This document shows positions 1 to 11,692 of a stretch of DNA of 64,000 nucleotides, piece after piece. Source of the DNA: an uncultured Gemmatimonadales bacterium. GTDB taxonomy: Bacteria > Gemmatimonadota > Gemmatimonadetes > Longimicrobiales > Gaopeijiaceae. The stretch covers positions 1,728,001 through 1,792,000 of the forward strand of contig CAWELD010000003.1 of the NCBI GenBank assembly GCA_963809895.1, given 5' to 3'. How positions within the stretch are numbered: position 1 is the stretch's first letter; each line of letters starts with the position of its first letter. Below the pieces are notes generated by a model. That model worked only from the letters and a program-made list of their open reading frames with translations, searched no databases and had not been told where the DNA came from. The translations under genes and the position numbers were made by a program.

Positions 1-457
1 GATAGGCGCCCATGATTCCGCTGATGGCGCCGGACGCGCCGACCATGGGGACCGCCGAGCCCGGAGCGGTGACGACGTGGGCGCCGGCGGCGACGAGCCC
101 GGTGAGGACGTAGAAGACGGCGAAGCGGACGTGCCCCATGGAGTCTTCGACGTTGTTCCCGAAGATCCACAGGAACCACATGTTCCCGATCAGGTGCAAC
201 CAGCCTCCGTGGAGGAACATGGAGGTCAGCAGCGACGGCCACGCCATCCCGATGCCCGTGCACGGTGCGGGGCCCCGAGGCGGGGCGCCCGTGATTCGGG
301 CCGGCACGGCGCCGAGCGAGCACACGGAGCGGCCGAGGAGATCGGCGTTCATGCCCCCGCCCTGGACCAGGATCCACGCCGCCACACACAGTCCGATGAC
401 GAGGATCGTGACCCAGGGGGTCAGCTCGGTGGGGTTGTCGTCACGAAGCGGGAACAC
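1..457 (-). CDS. Rhomboid family intramembrane serine protease (partial, runs off window start)
   Basis: Not in the ORF track. Manual minus-strand translation from GTG at 457 gives [17 protein letters not shown]...[33 protein letters not shown]...[15 protein letters not shown], with the rhomboid HxxxN and GASG motifs. Confidence 0.92.
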   Translation of the reverse strand, partial: MFPLRDDNPTELTPWVTILVIGLCVAAWILVQGGGMNADLLGRSVCSLGAVPARITGAPPRGPAPCTGIGMAWPSLLTSMFLHGGWLHLIGNMWFLWIFGNNVEDSMGHVRFAVFYVLTGLVAAGAHVVTAPGSAVPMVGASGAISGIMGAY

Positions 458-624
458 GGGGTCTCCAGGATCCGTGGAGGCGGAATGGCGGCTCTACCCC
501 GAGGAGCCCGGGAAGATCGCGGCACGGCGGCGGGGACGCCCCCTGTCATGCGCGCGGCCCTGCCAGAGCGGCGCACATGGCCCGAAGATCGGCCAGTTTG
601 GCCGGGATTTCGGCCTCCGACCAT

Positions 625-640
625 CGGCATGGAGGTTGCA
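625..640 (+). promoter_or_regulatory. Putative sigma54 (-24/-12) promoter of dnaK
   Basis: CGGCATGGAGGTTGCA has GG-N10-GC spacing and closely matches TGGCACG-N4-TTGCW; about 95 nt upstream of the dnaK ATG. Confidence 0.65.
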
Positions 641-733
641 CCTCTCCCTCCCCGGCATGCGCGGGCGCCTGCAATGGACGTCGGCGCCCCGAATCCTACG
701 CGAACAACGAATCCCTCCCCTGAAGGAGCGAAC

Positions 734-2671
734 ATGGGAAAGGTCATCGGTATCGATCTCGGAACCACCAACTCGGTGGTGGCGGTCATGGAGGGCGGCG
801 AGCCCGTCGTGATCCCCAACTCCGAAGGGGGGCGCACGACCCCGTCGGTGGTGGCGTTCACCAAGGACGGCGAGCGCCTGGTCGGTCAGGTGGCCCGGCG
901 CCAGGCCATCACCAACCCCAACAACACGGTCTTCTCCATCAAGCGCTTCATGGGCCGTCGCTCCGACGAGGTGAAGGAAGAGGAGAAGCTCGTTCCGTAC
1001 AAGGTCGCGTCGGACGGACAAGGCCGGGTGCAGGTCCAGATCCCCAACGCGGACAAGACGTTCAACCCGCCCGAGATCTCGGCCATGATCCTGCAGAAGA
1101 TGAAGCAGACGGCCGAGGACTACCTGGGGCAGTCGGTGTCGCAGGCGGTGATCACCGTGCCCGCCTACTTCAACGACGCGCAGCGGCAGGCCACCAAGGA
1201 CGCCGGCAAGATCGCCGGCCTCGAGGTGCTCCGCATCATCAACGAGCCCACCGCCGCGGCGCTGGCCTACGGCCTCGACAAGAAGAGCGACGAGAAGATC
1301 GCGGTCTTCGATCTCGGTGGCGGAACCTACGACATCTCCATCCTGGAGCTCGGTGACGGCGTGTTCGAGGTGAAGGCCACCAACGGCGACACGCATCTGG
1401 GCGGAGACGACTTCGACCAGAAGATCATCGATTGGCTGGTGCAGGAGTTCAAGAAGGACCAGGGGATCGACCTGTCGAAGGATCCCATGGCCCTCCAGCG
1501 TCTCAAGGAGGCGGCGGAGAAGGCCAAGATGGAGCTTTCCTCCACCATGCAGACCGATGTGAACCTGCCGTTCATCACGGCCACCCAGGAGGGTCCGAAG
1601 CACCTCAACTATACCCTGACACGGGCCAAGTTCGAGCAGCTCGCCGACGACCTCATCCAGCGCACGATTCCACCCATGGAGAAGGCCCTGGCCGACGCCG
1701 GCCTGCCGGCCTCGGAGGTGGACGAGATCATTCTGGTGGGCGGCTCCACCCGGATCCCCAAGATCCAGGAGATCGTCCGCGAGTTCTTCGGTAAGGACCC
1801 GCACAAGGGCGTGAACCCCGACGAGGTCGTGGGCGTGGGCGCCGCCATCCAGGGTGGCGTGCTCGCCGGCGACGTGAAGGACGTGCTCCTGCTGGACGTG
1901 ACGCCGCTGTCCCTGGGCATCGAGACGCTGGGCGGCGTCATGACGACGCTGATCCCCCGCAACACCACGATCCCCACCAAGAAGTCCGAGGTCTTCTCGA
2001 CGGCCGAGGACAACCAGACCACGGTGGAGATCCACGTGCTGCAGGGCGAGCGGAAGATGGCGGTGGACAACAAGACCATCGGCAAGTTCCAGCTCACGGG
2101 CATTCCGCCGGCACCGCGGGGCATGCCCCAGGTGGAAGTGACCTTCGACATCGATGCCAACGGCATCCTGCACGTGTCGGCCAAGGACAAGGCGACCGGC
2201 AAGGAGCAGAAGATCCGCATCGAGGCCTCGTCGGGGCTCAGCGACACCGAGATCGACAAGATGGTCAAGGACGCGGAAGCCCACGCCAAGGAGGACGAGG
2301 ACAAGAAGGCCAAGGTCGAGGCCCGCAACCAGCTCGATTCGCTGGTCTACCAGGTGGAGAAGGACTCCGGCGAGTGGGGCGACAAGGTGGCGGCCGACAC
2401 CAAGGAGCGCCTGGACGCCGCGCTGGCCAAGGCCAAGGAAGCGCTCAAGGGAGACGACGCGAGCACCCTGAACTCCGCTCGGGACGAGCTCATGCAAGCG
2501 TTCAGCGCCGCGGGCCAGGAGATGTATCAGGCCCAGGCCGAAGAGGCGCAGCAGGCCCAGGCGGCCGAAGAGCCCGGCGCCGAGGCCGGTGCCGAAGCGG
2601 GCGCCGAGCCCGCAGGCGACGAAGAGGAAGTGGTGGAGGCGGACTACGAGATCGTGGACGACGAGAAGTAG
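734..2671 (+). CDS. dnaK: Chaperone DnaK (Hsp70)
   Basis: [40 protein letters not shown] motifs. AAGGAG RBS before ATG 734; the longer ORF start at 77 is spurious. Confidence 0.99.
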   Translation: MGKVIGIDLGTTNSVVAVMEGGEPVVIPNSEGGRTTPSVVAFTKDGERLVGQVARRQAITNPNNTVFSIKRFMGRRSDEVKEEEKLVPYKVASDGQGRVQVQIPNADKTFNPPEISAMILQKMKQTAEDYLGQSVSQAVITVPAYFNDAQRQATKDAGKIAGLEVLRIINEPTAAALAYGLDKKSDEKIAVFDLGGGTYDISILELGDGVFEVKATNGDTHLGGDDFDQKIIDWLVQEFKKDQGIDLSKDPMALQRLKEAAEKAKMELSSTMQTDVNLPFITATQEGPKHLNYTLTRAKFEQLADDLIQRTIPPMEKALADAGLPASEVDEIILVGGSTRIPKIQEIVREFFGKDPHKGVNPDEVVGVGAAIQGGVLAGDVKDVLLLDVTPLSLGIETLGGVMTTLIPRNTTIPTKKSEVFSTAEDNQTTVEIHVLQGERKMAVDNKTIGKFQLTGIPPAPRGMPQVEVTFDIDANGILHVSAKDKATGKEQKIRIEASSGLSDTEIDKMVKDAEAHAKEDEDKKAKVEARNQLDSLVYQVEKDSGEWGDKVAADTKERLDAALAKAKEALKGDDASTLNSARDELMQAFSAAGQEMYQAQAEEAQQAQAAEEPGAEAGAEAGAEPAGDEEEVVEADYEIVDDEK

Positions 2672-2705
2672 CGTCCATGGCTTCAGCGGAGCGCTGACGC
2701 AGGAT

Positions 2706-2738
2706 GGGCGGGCCCGGGCAACCCCGGGCCCGCCCTTT
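2706..2738 (+). terminator. Intrinsic terminator after dnaK
   Basis: Perfect 13-bp stem GGGCGGGCCCGGG/CCCGGGCCCGCCC with CAAC loop followed by TTT. Confidence 0.7.
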
Positions 2739-2878
2739 CGCATCCCACTCCACGGACCCGGGCCCCACGGCTGCGGACCTCCGGGGCAGCGGGACGGGTA
2801 CGAAGCTCGTGAAGATCGCGAAGACAACGTACTGCCGTGATCGCACGACAGGCAGGAACTGAACCGAGGAAAGGCACC

Positions 2879-4441
2879 ATGTACGACCCTCTCCGGGCCA
2901 AGGCCAAGGTCGCCCTCTATACGGGCGCAGCCTTCCTGATGGGTCTGGGCATGGCCACCGGCCTGGGATGGACCAGCTCTTCGCTGGCCATGCCGGTGGT
3001 GGACGAACAGCCCCAGATCTCCAAGGAAGCCGTCCAGCCCGCGCTGGACCTGAGCCAGGCCTTCATCAACGTCGCCGACGTCGTTACACCAGCCGTGGTC
3101 CGTATCGAGGCTCGACGCCCGGTACGCACGGCCTCGCGCAATCAACAGATTCCCGAATCCTTCCGACGCTTCTTCCAGCCCGATGGTGGGGGTGACGGCA
3201 CCGTGCTGCCGCCTCAGAGCCAGCTCGCCGGCGGGAGCGGATTCATCGTATCCAGCGACGGATACATCCTGACCAACGACCACGTGGTGTCGGGCTCGGA
3301 TCAGGTCCGGGTCTACTTCCCGGATCGCCGGTACTTCGACGCCACGGTCGTGGGAAGCGACCCGTTCACCGACGTGGCGGTCATCAAGATCAATGTGGAC
3401 GAAGACCTGCCCACCCTGAGCTTCGGTGACTCCGACGATGCACGCGTGGGCGAGTGGGTTCTGGCCGTGGGCAACCCGGGCTTCGGCGCGGGCAACCAGC
3501 TCGACTACACGGTCACCGCGGGCATCGTCAGCGCACGGGGCCGCGGCCTGGGGCTGATCCGCAACGAGCTCCAGCAGGAAGGGGTGGACTCCCAGACCTC
3601 GGGCTTCGCCATCGAGGACTACATCCAGACCGACGCGGTCATCAACCCGGGCAACTCCGGTGGTCCCATGGTGGACCTGGAAGGTCGTGTCATCGGCATC
3701 AACTCCGCCATCGCCAGCGCTACCGGCTACTACCAGGGCTACGGCTTCGCCATTCCCATCAACCTGGCCCGGCGCGTCATGCAGGATCTCATCGAGTACG
3801 GTCACGTTCGCCGTGCCCAGCTCGGTGTCTCCATCAAGGACGTGGACGCGGAAGATGCCGAGGCCTTCGATCTGCCGTCGGTGAGTGGCGTGCTCATCCA
3901 GGAAGTGCGTGACGACGGGCCGGCCAAGGATGCCGGCTTCAAGCAGGGCGACGTCATCACGGCGCTGGACGGCAAGCCGGTCGGCTATGTCGGGCAGCTC
4001 CAGGGCATGGTGGCCATGCACCATCCAGGCGACCGGGTCGATGTGACCGTCTACCGGAACGGGAAGCCCATGGACCTGAGCCTGCGACTCGGTGAGGCTC
4101 CCATCCAGGAGGCCGAGAGCGAGACGACCGCTACGCCCGTGGCCGCCGAGGAGCGGCTGGGGGTCGTGTTGCAGAACCTGACGCCCGAGGTCGCGCAGGA
4201 ATTCGGCTTCGACGAAGCCGGCGGCGTCGTGGTCGCGCAGGTCGAGGCGTCGAGCCCCGCCGCGCGTCGGGGCCTGATCCCCGGGTCGAAGATTCTGGAG
4301 GTCAACGACCAGGAGGTGTCGAGCACGGAAGACGTGCGTGACATTCTGGACAAGATCCCTGCCGGGTCGGTGGCGAAGTTCATCGTGTCCGACCCCAGCG
4401 GTACCTCTCGTATCGTGACGGTGAGGATGCCCAACCGCTGA
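2879..4441 (+). CDS. degP: HtrA/DegP (Do) family serine protease with two PDZ domains
   Basis: N-terminal TM/signal, GSGFIV, TNDHVV (His), DVAVIK (Asp), INPGNSGGP (Ser), two C-terminal PDZ-like repeats. Confidence 0.95.
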   Translation: MYDPLRAKAKVALYTGAAFLMGLGMATGLGWTSSSLAMPVVDEQPQISKEAVQPALDLSQAFINVADVVTPAVVRIEARRPVRTASRNQQIPESFRRFFQPDGGGDGTVLPPQSQLAGGSGFIVSSDGYILTNDHVVSGSDQVRVYFPDRRYFDATVVGSDPFTDVAVIKINVDEDLPTLSFGDSDDARVGEWVLAVGNPGFGAGNQLDYTVTAGIVSARGRGLGLIRNELQQEGVDSQTSGFAIEDYIQTDAVINPGNSGGPMVDLEGRVIGINSAIASATGYYQGYGFAIPINLARRVMQDLIEYGHVRRAQLGVSIKDVDAEDAEAFDLPSVSGVLIQEVRDDGPAKDAGFKQGDVITALDGKPVGYVGQLQGMVAMHHPGDRVDVTVYRNGKPMDLSLRLGEAPIQEAESETTATPVAAEERLGVVLQNLTPEVAQEFGFDEAGGVVVAQVEASSPAARRGLIPGSKILEVNDQEVSSTEDVRDILDKIPAGSVAKFIVSDPSGTSRIVTVRMPNR

Positions 4442-4465
4442 CGAACGGCTCGGCCGCGACAGAGG

Positions 4466-4495
4466 GGGGGCGGGTCCGCAGCAGGACCCGCCCCC
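4466..4495 (+). terminator. GC-rich hairpin after degP (possible terminator, no U-tract)
   Basis: GGGGGCGGGTCC / GGACCCGCCCCC 12-bp inverted repeat. Confidence 0.45.
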
Positions 4496-4563
4496 GCGTC
4501 GTCTGAGGCTACGCCGCGGCGATGGCGACAGACGAAACACTTTGCAGGACAAGGACCTCCGTG

Positions 4564-4592
4564 TTGATGGGGCATGTAGCGCCGGTTATCTT
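4564..4592 (+). promoter_or_regulatory. Putative sigma70 promoter for the tRNA-Leu/tig operon
   Basis: TTGATG-N17-TATCTT just upstream of the tRNA. Confidence 0.55.
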
Positions 4593-4609
4593 TTACCGGT
4601 TTCCCGTAC

Positions 4610-4692
4610 GCGAAAGTGGCGGAACTGGTAGACGCGCGAGATTTAGGATCTCGTGGCTTCGTGCCGTGGGGGTTCGAGTCCCCCCTTTCGCA
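4610..4692 (+). tRNA. tRNA-Leu (anticodon TAG)
   Basis: Acceptor stem GCGAAAG/CTTTCGC, D-loop GGAACTGGTAGAC, anticodon arm CGAGA-TTTAGGA-TCTCG, long variable arm, T arm GGGGG-TTCGAGT-CCCCC; CCA not encoded; usual position before tig. Confidence 0.95.
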
Positions 4693-4756
4693 TCACGCCG
4701 GCGCGTCAATCTTCCCGCTCCTTCCGCCGCAGGCTCCCGAAAGGCATGACCGACGC

Positions 4757-6034
4757 ATGACCATCGACGCAGCTCGACTCACCATCGACGTACAGGAAGG
4801 CGCTCGCTGGCGCCGTACCCTGGCCGTCACGATTCCGGCCGACCTGGTTCGCGACGAGCGCCAGAGCATCGCGCGCAACCTGGCGTCGCGCATGAAGCTC
4901 CCGGGCTTTCGCGCCGGTCACATCCCCCCCGGCGTGGTAGAGAAGCGCTACGGACAGGCGTTGGACCGGGAGCTCATGGACCGGGTGGTGGGCGACGCCT
5001 ATCGAGAAGCCCTCAAGGTGGAAGGTCTCCGACCCATCTCCGAGGGCGAGGTGGAGAACCTCGACTACAAGCCGGATCAGGATCTGTCGTTCAGGATCTC
5101 CTTCGACGTCCAGCCCCAGATCGAGCTCGGCCGTCTCGGTGGCTTCGCCGTCGAACGGCCGGCGGCGCGCGTGCAGGATGAGGACGTGGAGCGGGTGCTG
5201 CAGCGACTCAGGGACCAGAACGGTGCTTGGGCGCCGGCCGAGGACGGTCGTCCCGAGGCGGGCGATCTGGTCTCGGTCACGGTCACGAGGCTCGACGACG
5301 ACGAGCCCGACGCCGAGCCTCAGGACTACGATCTCGTGCTCGGCGAAGGCGATGCCATCCCCGACGTCGAGAGTGCGATCTACACCCTGGCACCGGGCGA
5401 GGACGGCGAGTTCACGGTCACCTTTCCCGAGGACTTTCCCAACGAGGCGCGTCGAGGGCAGGAGGAGCACCTCCGCATCAGCCTCCGCGAGCGCAAGGTG
5501 CGTGAGCTTCCCGAGCTCGACGACGAGTTCGCCCGCTCCGTGGGTGACTTCGAGGACCTCGAGACGCTTCGGAGCCGGGTCCGGTCCGACCTGGAGCGCG
5601 AGGCTCGGGAGCAGGCCGAGTCCGCCGTGCGCGGGCGTCTGCTGGACCTGATCCTCGAGGCCAATCCCTTCGAGGTCCCGGCCTCCATGATCGAACGATA
5701 CCTCGAATCGGTCCTGGGGAACGGGCAAAACCTCGACGAGGAGCGGCTCAAGGAGGCCCGCGAGCAGGTGCGTCCGGAAGCGGAACGCGCCGTGATGCGC
5801 ATCCTCCTCATCGAGACGGTCGCCGACACGCAGGATCTGCGCGCCTCGGACGAGGAGGTGGACACACGGGTCGAAGAGATCGCCGAGCGCAACGACACGA
5901 CGCCGGCCGAGGTGTACGCGCGTCTGCAGAAGTCCGGGCGGTTGGAGCAGCTGGAACGCGAGATCACTGAACAGAAGGTCTTCGACTTCCTGGTTTCGAA
6001 GTCGGAGGTCGTGGAGGCCGAGGACCGAGCATGA
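4757..6034 (+). CDS. tig: Trigger factor
   Basis: Ribosome-binding motif [13 protein letters not shown]-like middle domain, [10 protein letters not shown]; precedes clpP-clpX. Confidence 0.96.
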   Translation: MTIDAARLTIDVQEGARWRRTLAVTIPADLVRDERQSIARNLASRMKLPGFRAGHIPPGVVEKRYGQALDRELMDRVVGDAYREALKVEGLRPISEGEVENLDYKPDQDLSFRISFDVQPQIELGRLGGFAVERPAARVQDEDVERVLQRLRDQNGAWAPAEDGRPEAGDLVSVTVTRLDDDEPDAEPQDYDLVLGEGDAIPDVESAIYTLAPGEDGEFTVTFPEDFPNEARRGQEEHLRISLRERKVRELPELDDEFARSVGDFEDLETLRSRVRSDLEREAREQAESAVRGRLLDLILEANPFEVPASMIERYLESVLGNGQNLDEERLKEAREQVRPEAERAVMRILLIETVADTQDLRASDEEVDTRVEEIAERNDTTPAEVYARLQKSGRLEQLEREITEQKVFDFLVSKSEVVEAEDRA

Positions 6035-6672
6035 CCATCTATCCGCCGTACGTCATCGAGCGCACCAGTCGCGGGGAGCGCAGCTACGACATCTTCTCGC
6101 GACTGCTCATGGACCGGATCGTGTTCCTGGGCGCACCCATCGACGACAACGTCGCCAACATCATGGTGGCGCAGCTCCTGTTCCTGGACGCCGACGATCC
6201 GGAGCGGGACATTCACATGTACATCAACTCGCCCGGTGGCAGCGTCTACGCAGGCATGGCGATCTACGACACCATGCAGCACCTGAGAGCACCTGTGGCG
6301 ACCTATTGCGTGGGCATGGCAGCCTCCATGGGAGCCATCCTCCTGACCGCGGGTGAAAAAGGAAAGCGTAGCGCGTTGCCCAACTCCCGCATCATGATTC
6401 ATCAGCCCTCCTCGGGCGCGCAGGGTACCGCGGCGGACATCGAGATCGCCGCCAAGGAGATCCTGCGGACCCGCGAAAGGCTGAACGAGATTCTGGCCCG
6501 GCACACGGGACAGTCCATCGAGCGCATCGCCGATGACGTGGACCGGGATCGGTTCATGAGCCCCGGCGAAGCCGTGGACTACGGTCTCATCGACCGGGTG
6601 CTGGAAGGGACCGTGGAGACCGGCGGCAAGCCGGCGGACTCCACCACGATCGAGTCCGGTAAGGGCGACTGA
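6031..6672 (+). CDS. clpP: ATP-dependent Clp protease proteolytic subunit
   Basis: [22 protein letters not shown] (Ser), IMIHQP (His), DRDRFM. Confidence 0.98.
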   Translation: MTIYPPYVIERTSRGERSYDIFSRLLMDRIVFLGAPIDDNVANIMVAQLLFLDADDPERDIHMYINSPGGSVYAGMAIYDTMQHLRAPVATYCVGMAASMGAILLTAGEKGKRSALPNSRIMIHQPSSGAQGTAADIEIAAKEILRTRERLNEILARHTGQSIERIADDVDRDRFMSPGEAVDYGLIDRVLEGTVETGGKPADSTTIESGKGD

Positions 6673-6714
6673 CCACACGGGCCTCCGGGCCCGTCCCGCC
6701 GCGAGGACGGACGC

Positions 6715-7950
6715 ATGTCGACGGACAAGCACCTCCGCTGCAGCTTCTGCGGAAAGTCGAAGGACAGCGTGAAGAAGTTCATCAGCGGTCCTTCCGTCTA
6801 CATCTGCAACGAGTGCATCTCCCTCTGCAACGAGATCCTGGCCGAGGAGGAGGAGCGGGAACAGGCGGAGAGCGCCGTTCCCAGCCCGACCCCGGAGGAG
6901 ATCAAGGAGGTGCTGGACCAGTACGTCATCGGCCAGGAAACGGCCAAGCGGGCGTTGGCTGTGGCCGTCTACAACCACTACAAGCGCGTCAACCACCAGG
7001 GCGTGCTCGATGACGTGGAGATCGACAAGGCCAACATCCTCCTCATCGGTCCCACGGGCGTCGGAAAGACGCTCCTGGCGCAGACGCTGGCGCGCATCCT
7101 CCAGGTGCCGTTCACCATCGCCGACGCCACGACTCTGACCGAAGCCGGCTACGTGGGCGAGGATGTGGAGAATATCCTGGTGCGCCTTCTCCAGGCCGCC
7201 GACTACAACATCGCCGAATGCGAGCGCGGCATCGTCTACATCGACGAGATGGACAAGATCGCCCGCAAGTCGGAAAACCCCTCCATCACCCGCGACGTCT
7301 CGGGCGAGGGCGTGCAGCAGGCGCTTCTGAAGATCCTGGAGGGCACGGTGGCATCGGTGCCTCCGCAGGGAGGCCGCAAGCATCCGCAGCAGGAGTACAT
7401 CCAGATCAACACCCGCAACATCCTCTTCGTATGCGGCGGCGCCTTCGACGGGCTCGAGAAGATCGTCGAGGGCCGCATCGGCAAGCGCCAGATCGGCTTC
7501 GCCGGAGGCGAGGAGCGGGGCAATCGCGATTCATTGATGCATCTGGTGGAACCGGAAGACCTGCAGCGGTACGGGATCATTCCGGAGCTCGTGGGACGGC
7601 TTCCGGTGTCGGTGGCCCTGGACGAGCTCGACGAGGACGCCCTGTGCCGGATCCTGCTGGAGCCCAAGAACGCGCTGGTCAAACAGTACCAGAAGATGTT
7701 CGAGCTCGAGGGAATCGGCCTGACCTTCGACAAGGACGCCATCCGGGCCATCGCGGCCAAGACGCTGGACCGCGGCACCGGGGCTCGCGGGCTTCGCTCG
7801 GTGATCGAAGGGATCATGCGTGACGTCATGTTCGAGATCCCGTCACGAAAGGACGTCCGGGAGATCGTGGTCACGGTGGAGAGCGTGGACCAGGGCGTTC
7901 CGCCCCTTCTGGTCCTCCACCCCGAGGCCGAGCGTCGACTGGAGGCCTGA
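6715..7950 (+). CDS. clpX: ATP-dependent Clp protease ATP-binding subunit ClpX
   Basis: C4 zinc finger CSFCGK..ICNEC, Walker [21 protein letters not shown] loop, IGF loop. Confidence 0.99.
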   Translation: MSTDKHLRCSFCGKSKDSVKKFISGPSVYICNECISLCNEILAEEEEREQAESAVPSPTPEEIKEVLDQYVIGQETAKRALAVAVYNHYKRVNHQGVLDDVEIDKANILLIGPTGVGKTLLAQTLARILQVPFTIADATTLTEAGYVGEDVENILVRLLQAADYNIAECERGIVYIDEMDKIARKSENPSITRDVSGEGVQQALLKILEGTVASVPPQGGRKHPQQEYIQINTRNILFVCGGAFDGLEKIVEGRIGKRQIGFAGGEERGNRDSLMHLVEPEDLQRYGIIPELVGRLPVSVALDELDEDALCRILLEPKNALVKQYQKMFELEGIGLTFDKDAIRAIAAKTLDRGTGARGLRSVIEGIMRDVMFEIPSRKDVREIVVTVESVDQGVPPLLVLHPEAERRLEA

Positions 7951-7997
7951 CGGGAGTCGCACCCCACCTTTCCCGGGCGCGTCCAGACCCCTAGGAT

Positions 7998-8035
7998 ACC
8001 GCCGCGGAGGCCACCCTCCGCGGCGGTTCTCTTTT
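7998..8035 (+). terminator. Intrinsic terminator between clpX and lon
   Basis: 13-bp stem ACCGCCGCGGAGG/CCTCCGCGGCGGT followed by TCTCTTTT. Confidence 0.7.
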
Positions 8036-8063
8036 CCTTCCAGATGTCGGGACGCTGGCCCCC

Positions 8064-10493
8064 ATGACGACCCTGATCCGGGTGGACGAGACGCTGGAGA
8101 TTCCCGACGACCTTCCCGTCGTAGCCCTCCGCGACCTGGTCTTCTTTCCCTACATGGTCCTCCCGCTGCTCATCGGCCGGCCGCGCTCGCTGACGGCGTT
8201 GGAGGGGGCGCGGGAGCGGGACGGGCTCCTCATCCTGGTGGCGCAACGCGATGCCTCGGTGGAGACGCCCGGTCCCGGTGACCTCTATTCGGTGGGCACG
8301 GTGGCCCGTGTGGTCCAGACCACGCCGCTGGCCGACGGCACTTCGCGAGTCGTGCTGGAAGGAATCGGCCGGCTGCGCGTGGACGTCGCCGAGTCCGATG
8401 GAGAGCTGCGGGCCACGGGCCGGCCCCACGTGCCCCGGGAGTGTGACGCACCGGGCCCGCCGGACACGGAGCTCGAAGCGCTGACGCGTACCGTGGGACG
8501 CCACTTCGAGGAGTACGCGCGCCTGCACGACCGGATTCCGGACGACCTGTCGCAGACACTGCTGGGAAGCCGGGATCGGGTCCGCCTGGCCCATCTGGTG
8601 TCGGGTCACCTGCTCCTCACGCCGTCGGAGAAGCAGGAGCTCCTGGAGACCCAGGATCTGCCCGGCCACCTGGCGTTGCTGCGGGAGGTGCTCGTCCGCG
8701 AGCTCGAGATCCTCAGGATCGAGGAGAAGCTGGATCAGCAGATCCGCATGCAGATGGAGGCCGACCGCCGCCAGATGTACCTCAACGAGCAGCTCAAGGC
8801 GATTCACCGCGAGTTGGGCGCCGAGAGCGGCGAGGAATGGGTGGAGTTGGAGCAGGCCCTGTCCAGGTGCGAGCTGCCCGACCACGCGCTGGAGCGGGCC
8901 GACCGCGAGATGGCGCGCCTCAGGAAGCTCAACCCGGTGGCCCCCGAAGCGGCGGTCATCCGCACCTACCTCGACTGGATCATGGCACTGCCCTGGACGG
9001 CTCGGAGCCAGGACAACCTCGACGTGATCCACGCCTCGGGAATCCTGGACGCGGCGCACTTCGGACTGGGCGAGGTGAAGGAGCGCATCCTGGACCACAT
9101 CGCCGTGTTGTCGGTGGTGGGGGAGCTGCAGGGTCCCATCCTCTGCCTGGTGGGCCCACCCGGCGTGGGCAAGACCTCGCTGGGACGCAGCATCGCGCGG
9201 GCGCTGGACCGGGAATTCGTGCGCGTCAGCCTGGGCGGGGTACGCGACGAGGCGGAAGTCCGCGGGCACCGCCGCACCTACGTCGGTGCCCTTCCCGGGC
9301 GCATTTTGCAGGGGATGCGGCGCTCCGGGACCCGAAATCCGGTCTTCCTGCTGGACGAGGTGGACAAGCTGGCCCGGGACTTTCACGGTGATCCGGGCGC
9401 CGCGCTCCTCGAGGTCCTGGATCCGGAGCAGAACCGCACCTTCACGGATCACTACCTGGAGCTGGAGTACGACCTGTCCGACGTGCTTTTCGTGGCCACG
9501 GCCAACACGCTGGGCGGGATCCCCGAAGCGCTGCGCGACCGCATGGAGGTGATTCGGCTGCCCGGCTATCTGGACACGGAGAAGCGAACCATCGCGCACC
9601 GTTTCCTGTGGCCCAAGCAGTGCCGCCGGCACGGGCTGTCGGACAGCGTCATCACGCTGGAGGCCGACGCCATCGACGCCATCATCGCCCGGTACACGCG
9701 CGAGGCCGGCGTCCGAGAGCTCGATCGCCGCATCTCCCGGATCGCCCGCAAGCTGGCCAGGGCAGCGGCGGAATCCGGGGGTGTGGAGACCGTCGGCCCG
9801 AGGAGCGTGGGCGACGAGGACCTGCGCCCGCTGTTGGGACCGCCTCCCTACCTGCCACCGGAGCCCGACACGGAGGCCGACCGCACCGGGATGGCCAACG
9901 GCCTGGCGTGGACCGCGGCAGGCGGCGAGGTGCTGGACGTGGAGGTGTCGGCGGTACCGGGCTCCGGTGAGGTCAGGCTCACCGGTACCCTGGGCGACGT
10001 CATGAAGGAGTCGGCCATGGCGGCGGTGACCTACGCCCGCTCCCGCGCACGCCGGCTGGGACTGGATCCCCACTTCCATCGGGAGGTGGATCTGCACGTG
10101 CACATCCCCGAGGGCGCTACGCCCAAGGACGGCCCGTCGGCTGGCATCACCATGGCGGTGGCCCTGGTGAGCGCGCTCACCGGCATCCCCACACGTGCCG
10201 ACGTGGCCCTCACCGGCGAGATCACGCTGCGCGGCCGTGTGCTCCCGGTGGGCGGTGTCAAGGAGAAGTCGGTGGCGGCGCTCCGGCACGGCATCCGGCG
10301 CGTGATCCTTCCGGCCGCGAACCTGACGGACCTCGAGCTCCTGCCCACCGAGGTGCGCGAGGGCCTGGAGTTCGTGCCGGTGCGCAGCATGGACGAGGTC
10401 CTGGCGGCCGCCCTGACGGCCTTGCCGGCCGAGCGACTGTCGGGGCCAGGCGGCGAGCTCCCGGCGGATCCGGGGATCCAGCTGTCCCAGTGA
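8064..10493 (+). CDS. lon: Endopeptidase La (Lon)
   Basis: LON N-domain, [18 protein letters not shown], catalytic PKDGPSAG and GGVKEK. Confidence 0.98.
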   Translation: MTTLIRVDETLEIPDDLPVVALRDLVFFPYMVLPLLIGRPRSLTALEGARERDGLLILVAQRDASVETPGPGDLYSVGTVARVVQTTPLADGTSRVVLEGIGRLRVDVAESDGELRATGRPHVPRECDAPGPPDTELEALTRTVGRHFEEYARLHDRIPDDLSQTLLGSRDRVRLAHLVSGHLLLTPSEKQELLETQDLPGHLALLREVLVRELEILRIEEKLDQQIRMQMEADRRQMYLNEQLKAIHRELGAESGEEWVELEQALSRCELPDHALERADREMARLRKLNPVAPEAAVIRTYLDWIMALPWTARSQDNLDVIHASGILDAAHFGLGEVKERILDHIAVLSVVGELQGPILCLVGPPGVGKTSLGRSIARALDREFVRVSLGGVRDEAEVRGHRRTYVGALPGRILQGMRRSGTRNPVFLLDEVDKLARDFHGDPGAALLEVLDPEQNRTFTDHYLELEYDLSDVLFVATANTLGGIPEALRDRMEVIRLPGYLDTEKRTIAHRFLWPKQCRRHGLSDSVITLEADAIDAIIARYTREAGVRELDRRISRIARKLARAAAESGGVETVGPRSVGDEDLRPLLGPPPYLPPEPDTEADRTGMANGLAWTAAGGEVLDVEVSAVPGSGEVRLTGTLGDVMKESAMAAVTYARSRARRLGLDPHFHREVDLHVHIPEGATPKDGPSAGITMAVALVSALTGIPTRADVALTGEITLRGRVLPVGGVKEKSVAALRHGIRRVILPAANLTDLELLPTEVREGLEFVPVRSMDEVLAAALTALPAERLSGPGGELPADPGIQLSQ

Positions 10494-11095
10494 AGATCAA
10501 GACCGTCGAGTTCGCCGGCACCGTCGTGACGCCCGACGGCTCGATGCCCGACGACTTGCCGCAGGTCGCCTTCTCCGGGCGCTCGAACGTGGGCAAGAGC
10601 TCGCTCATCAACACCCTGCTGCGTCGCACCCGGTCGAAGGTGGCCCGCGTATCGTCCACGCCCGGCAAGACGCAAGCGCTCAACTTCTACCGCATCAACG
10701 ACCGCTTCTTCCTGGTCGATCTGCCGGGGTTCGGCTACGCACGGGTCCCCAAGAAGCTCCGCGACGCGTGGAAGGGGCTGGTGGAAGGCTACCTGGCCCG
10801 GGCCCGGACGCTGAAGGGGGTGGTCCATCTCGTGGACTGCCGCCGGGAGCCCACGCCCCAGGACCTGGACATGATGGACTATCTGGCTCGATTGGGCGCA
10901 CCGGCGCTGGTGGTGCTCACCAAGATCGACAAGCTCAACCGCAGCGAGCGGACCCGGGCCGTGGAGCGCGCCTGCGGCGTGCTGGGCGTGGGGCGCGAGC
11001 AGCTCGTCCCCTTTTCGGCCAAGACCGGCGAGGGTCGCGAGGTGCTGTTGGAGGCGCTGGACGCACTTCTGGCCGAAGAGGAGGAGGATGGATGA
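10490..11095 (+). CDS. engB: Ribosome biogenesis GTPase YihA/YsxC (EngB)
   Basis: [26 protein letters not shown]; usual position after lon. Confidence 0.96.
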   Translation: MKIKTVEFAGTVVTPDGSMPDDLPQVAFSGRSNVGKSSLINTLLRRTRSKVARVSSTPGKTQALNFYRINDRFFLVDLPGFGYARVPKKLRDAWKGLVEGYLARARTLKGVVHLVDCRREPTPQDLDMMDYLARLGAPALVVLTKIDKLNRSERTRAVERACGVLGVGREQLVPFSAKTGEGREVLLEALDALLAEEEEDG

Positions 11096-11692
11096 GAGGC
11101 ACCCTCGTTGGTCCTCCTCGTGCTCGTTGGGGCATGCCTGCCCGCGAGCTCCGGAGCGGGCGCGGCCCGCCCGGCCGACGCCACCCTGGTGCCGCCCGGC
11201 TACGGCTCGCTGCACCAGGAGGACATCACCCTCACGGTACGGGTGGGCGACCTCCAGGTGAAGATCACGCCCCTGGCCGAGTGGGTGCTTCGACTGACGG
11301 CGCCGGACACGTACAAGCGCTTGTCGGGGGCCGTCGCGCGCCTGGACGAGTCGGACCGTGTGGGACGCCTCCCGGTCCTGGTGTCCCTCTTCACCGAAGC
11401 GGCCGGGGGGACCGAGGTCGAGCTGCGGGACCTGGTTCTCGTCAGCCGGGGACGCCGGTACCGGCCACAGGTGGTGCGCGGTCTCACCCCGGGCTGGGGT
11501 ACCGGCCGCCTGCGCCAGCGCGAGCCACAGCAGGCCATCTACCTGTTCGACGGCGACGTGGACCTGGAGATGGACCTCGACGTGATGTTCGGCGACGTGC
11601 GAACCGGGGAGTGGAGCGTGATCCTGCCGCGCCTCGAGACCGAGCGCGCGCGTATCCGGTCACGAGTCAGTGCTCCAGGTCGTACTTCTTGA
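11092..11692 (+). CDS. Hypothetical lipoprotein (apparent +1 frameshift near 11105-11110)
   Basis: ATG 11092 overlaps the engB stop (ATGA) and reads MRGTLV; a +1 shift continues VLLVLVGAC (lipobox) into ORF 11108-11692. Confidence 0.65.

Noticed and set aside
77..733. 219-aa N-terminal extension of DnaK in the ORF track
   Set aside because: It overlaps the rhomboid gene on the minus strand, and the canonical DnaK start with RBS is at 734.
494..4552. 1352-aa antisense ORF opposite dnaK-degP, and similar long antisense ORFs (5380-7383, 7236-10289, 20657-22909, 46184-48370, 57147-59663)
   Set aside because: These are shadow ORFs caused by strong GC3 codon bias of the real genes on the other strand; they show no recognisable motifs.
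4616..4756. N-terminal extension of trigger factor
   Set aside because: It runs through the tRNA-Leu gene; the real start is ATG 4757.
4610..4760. tRNA-Leu as an island integration site
   Set aside because: tig follows directly, and I saw no duplicated tRNA 3-prime end or integrase in the window.
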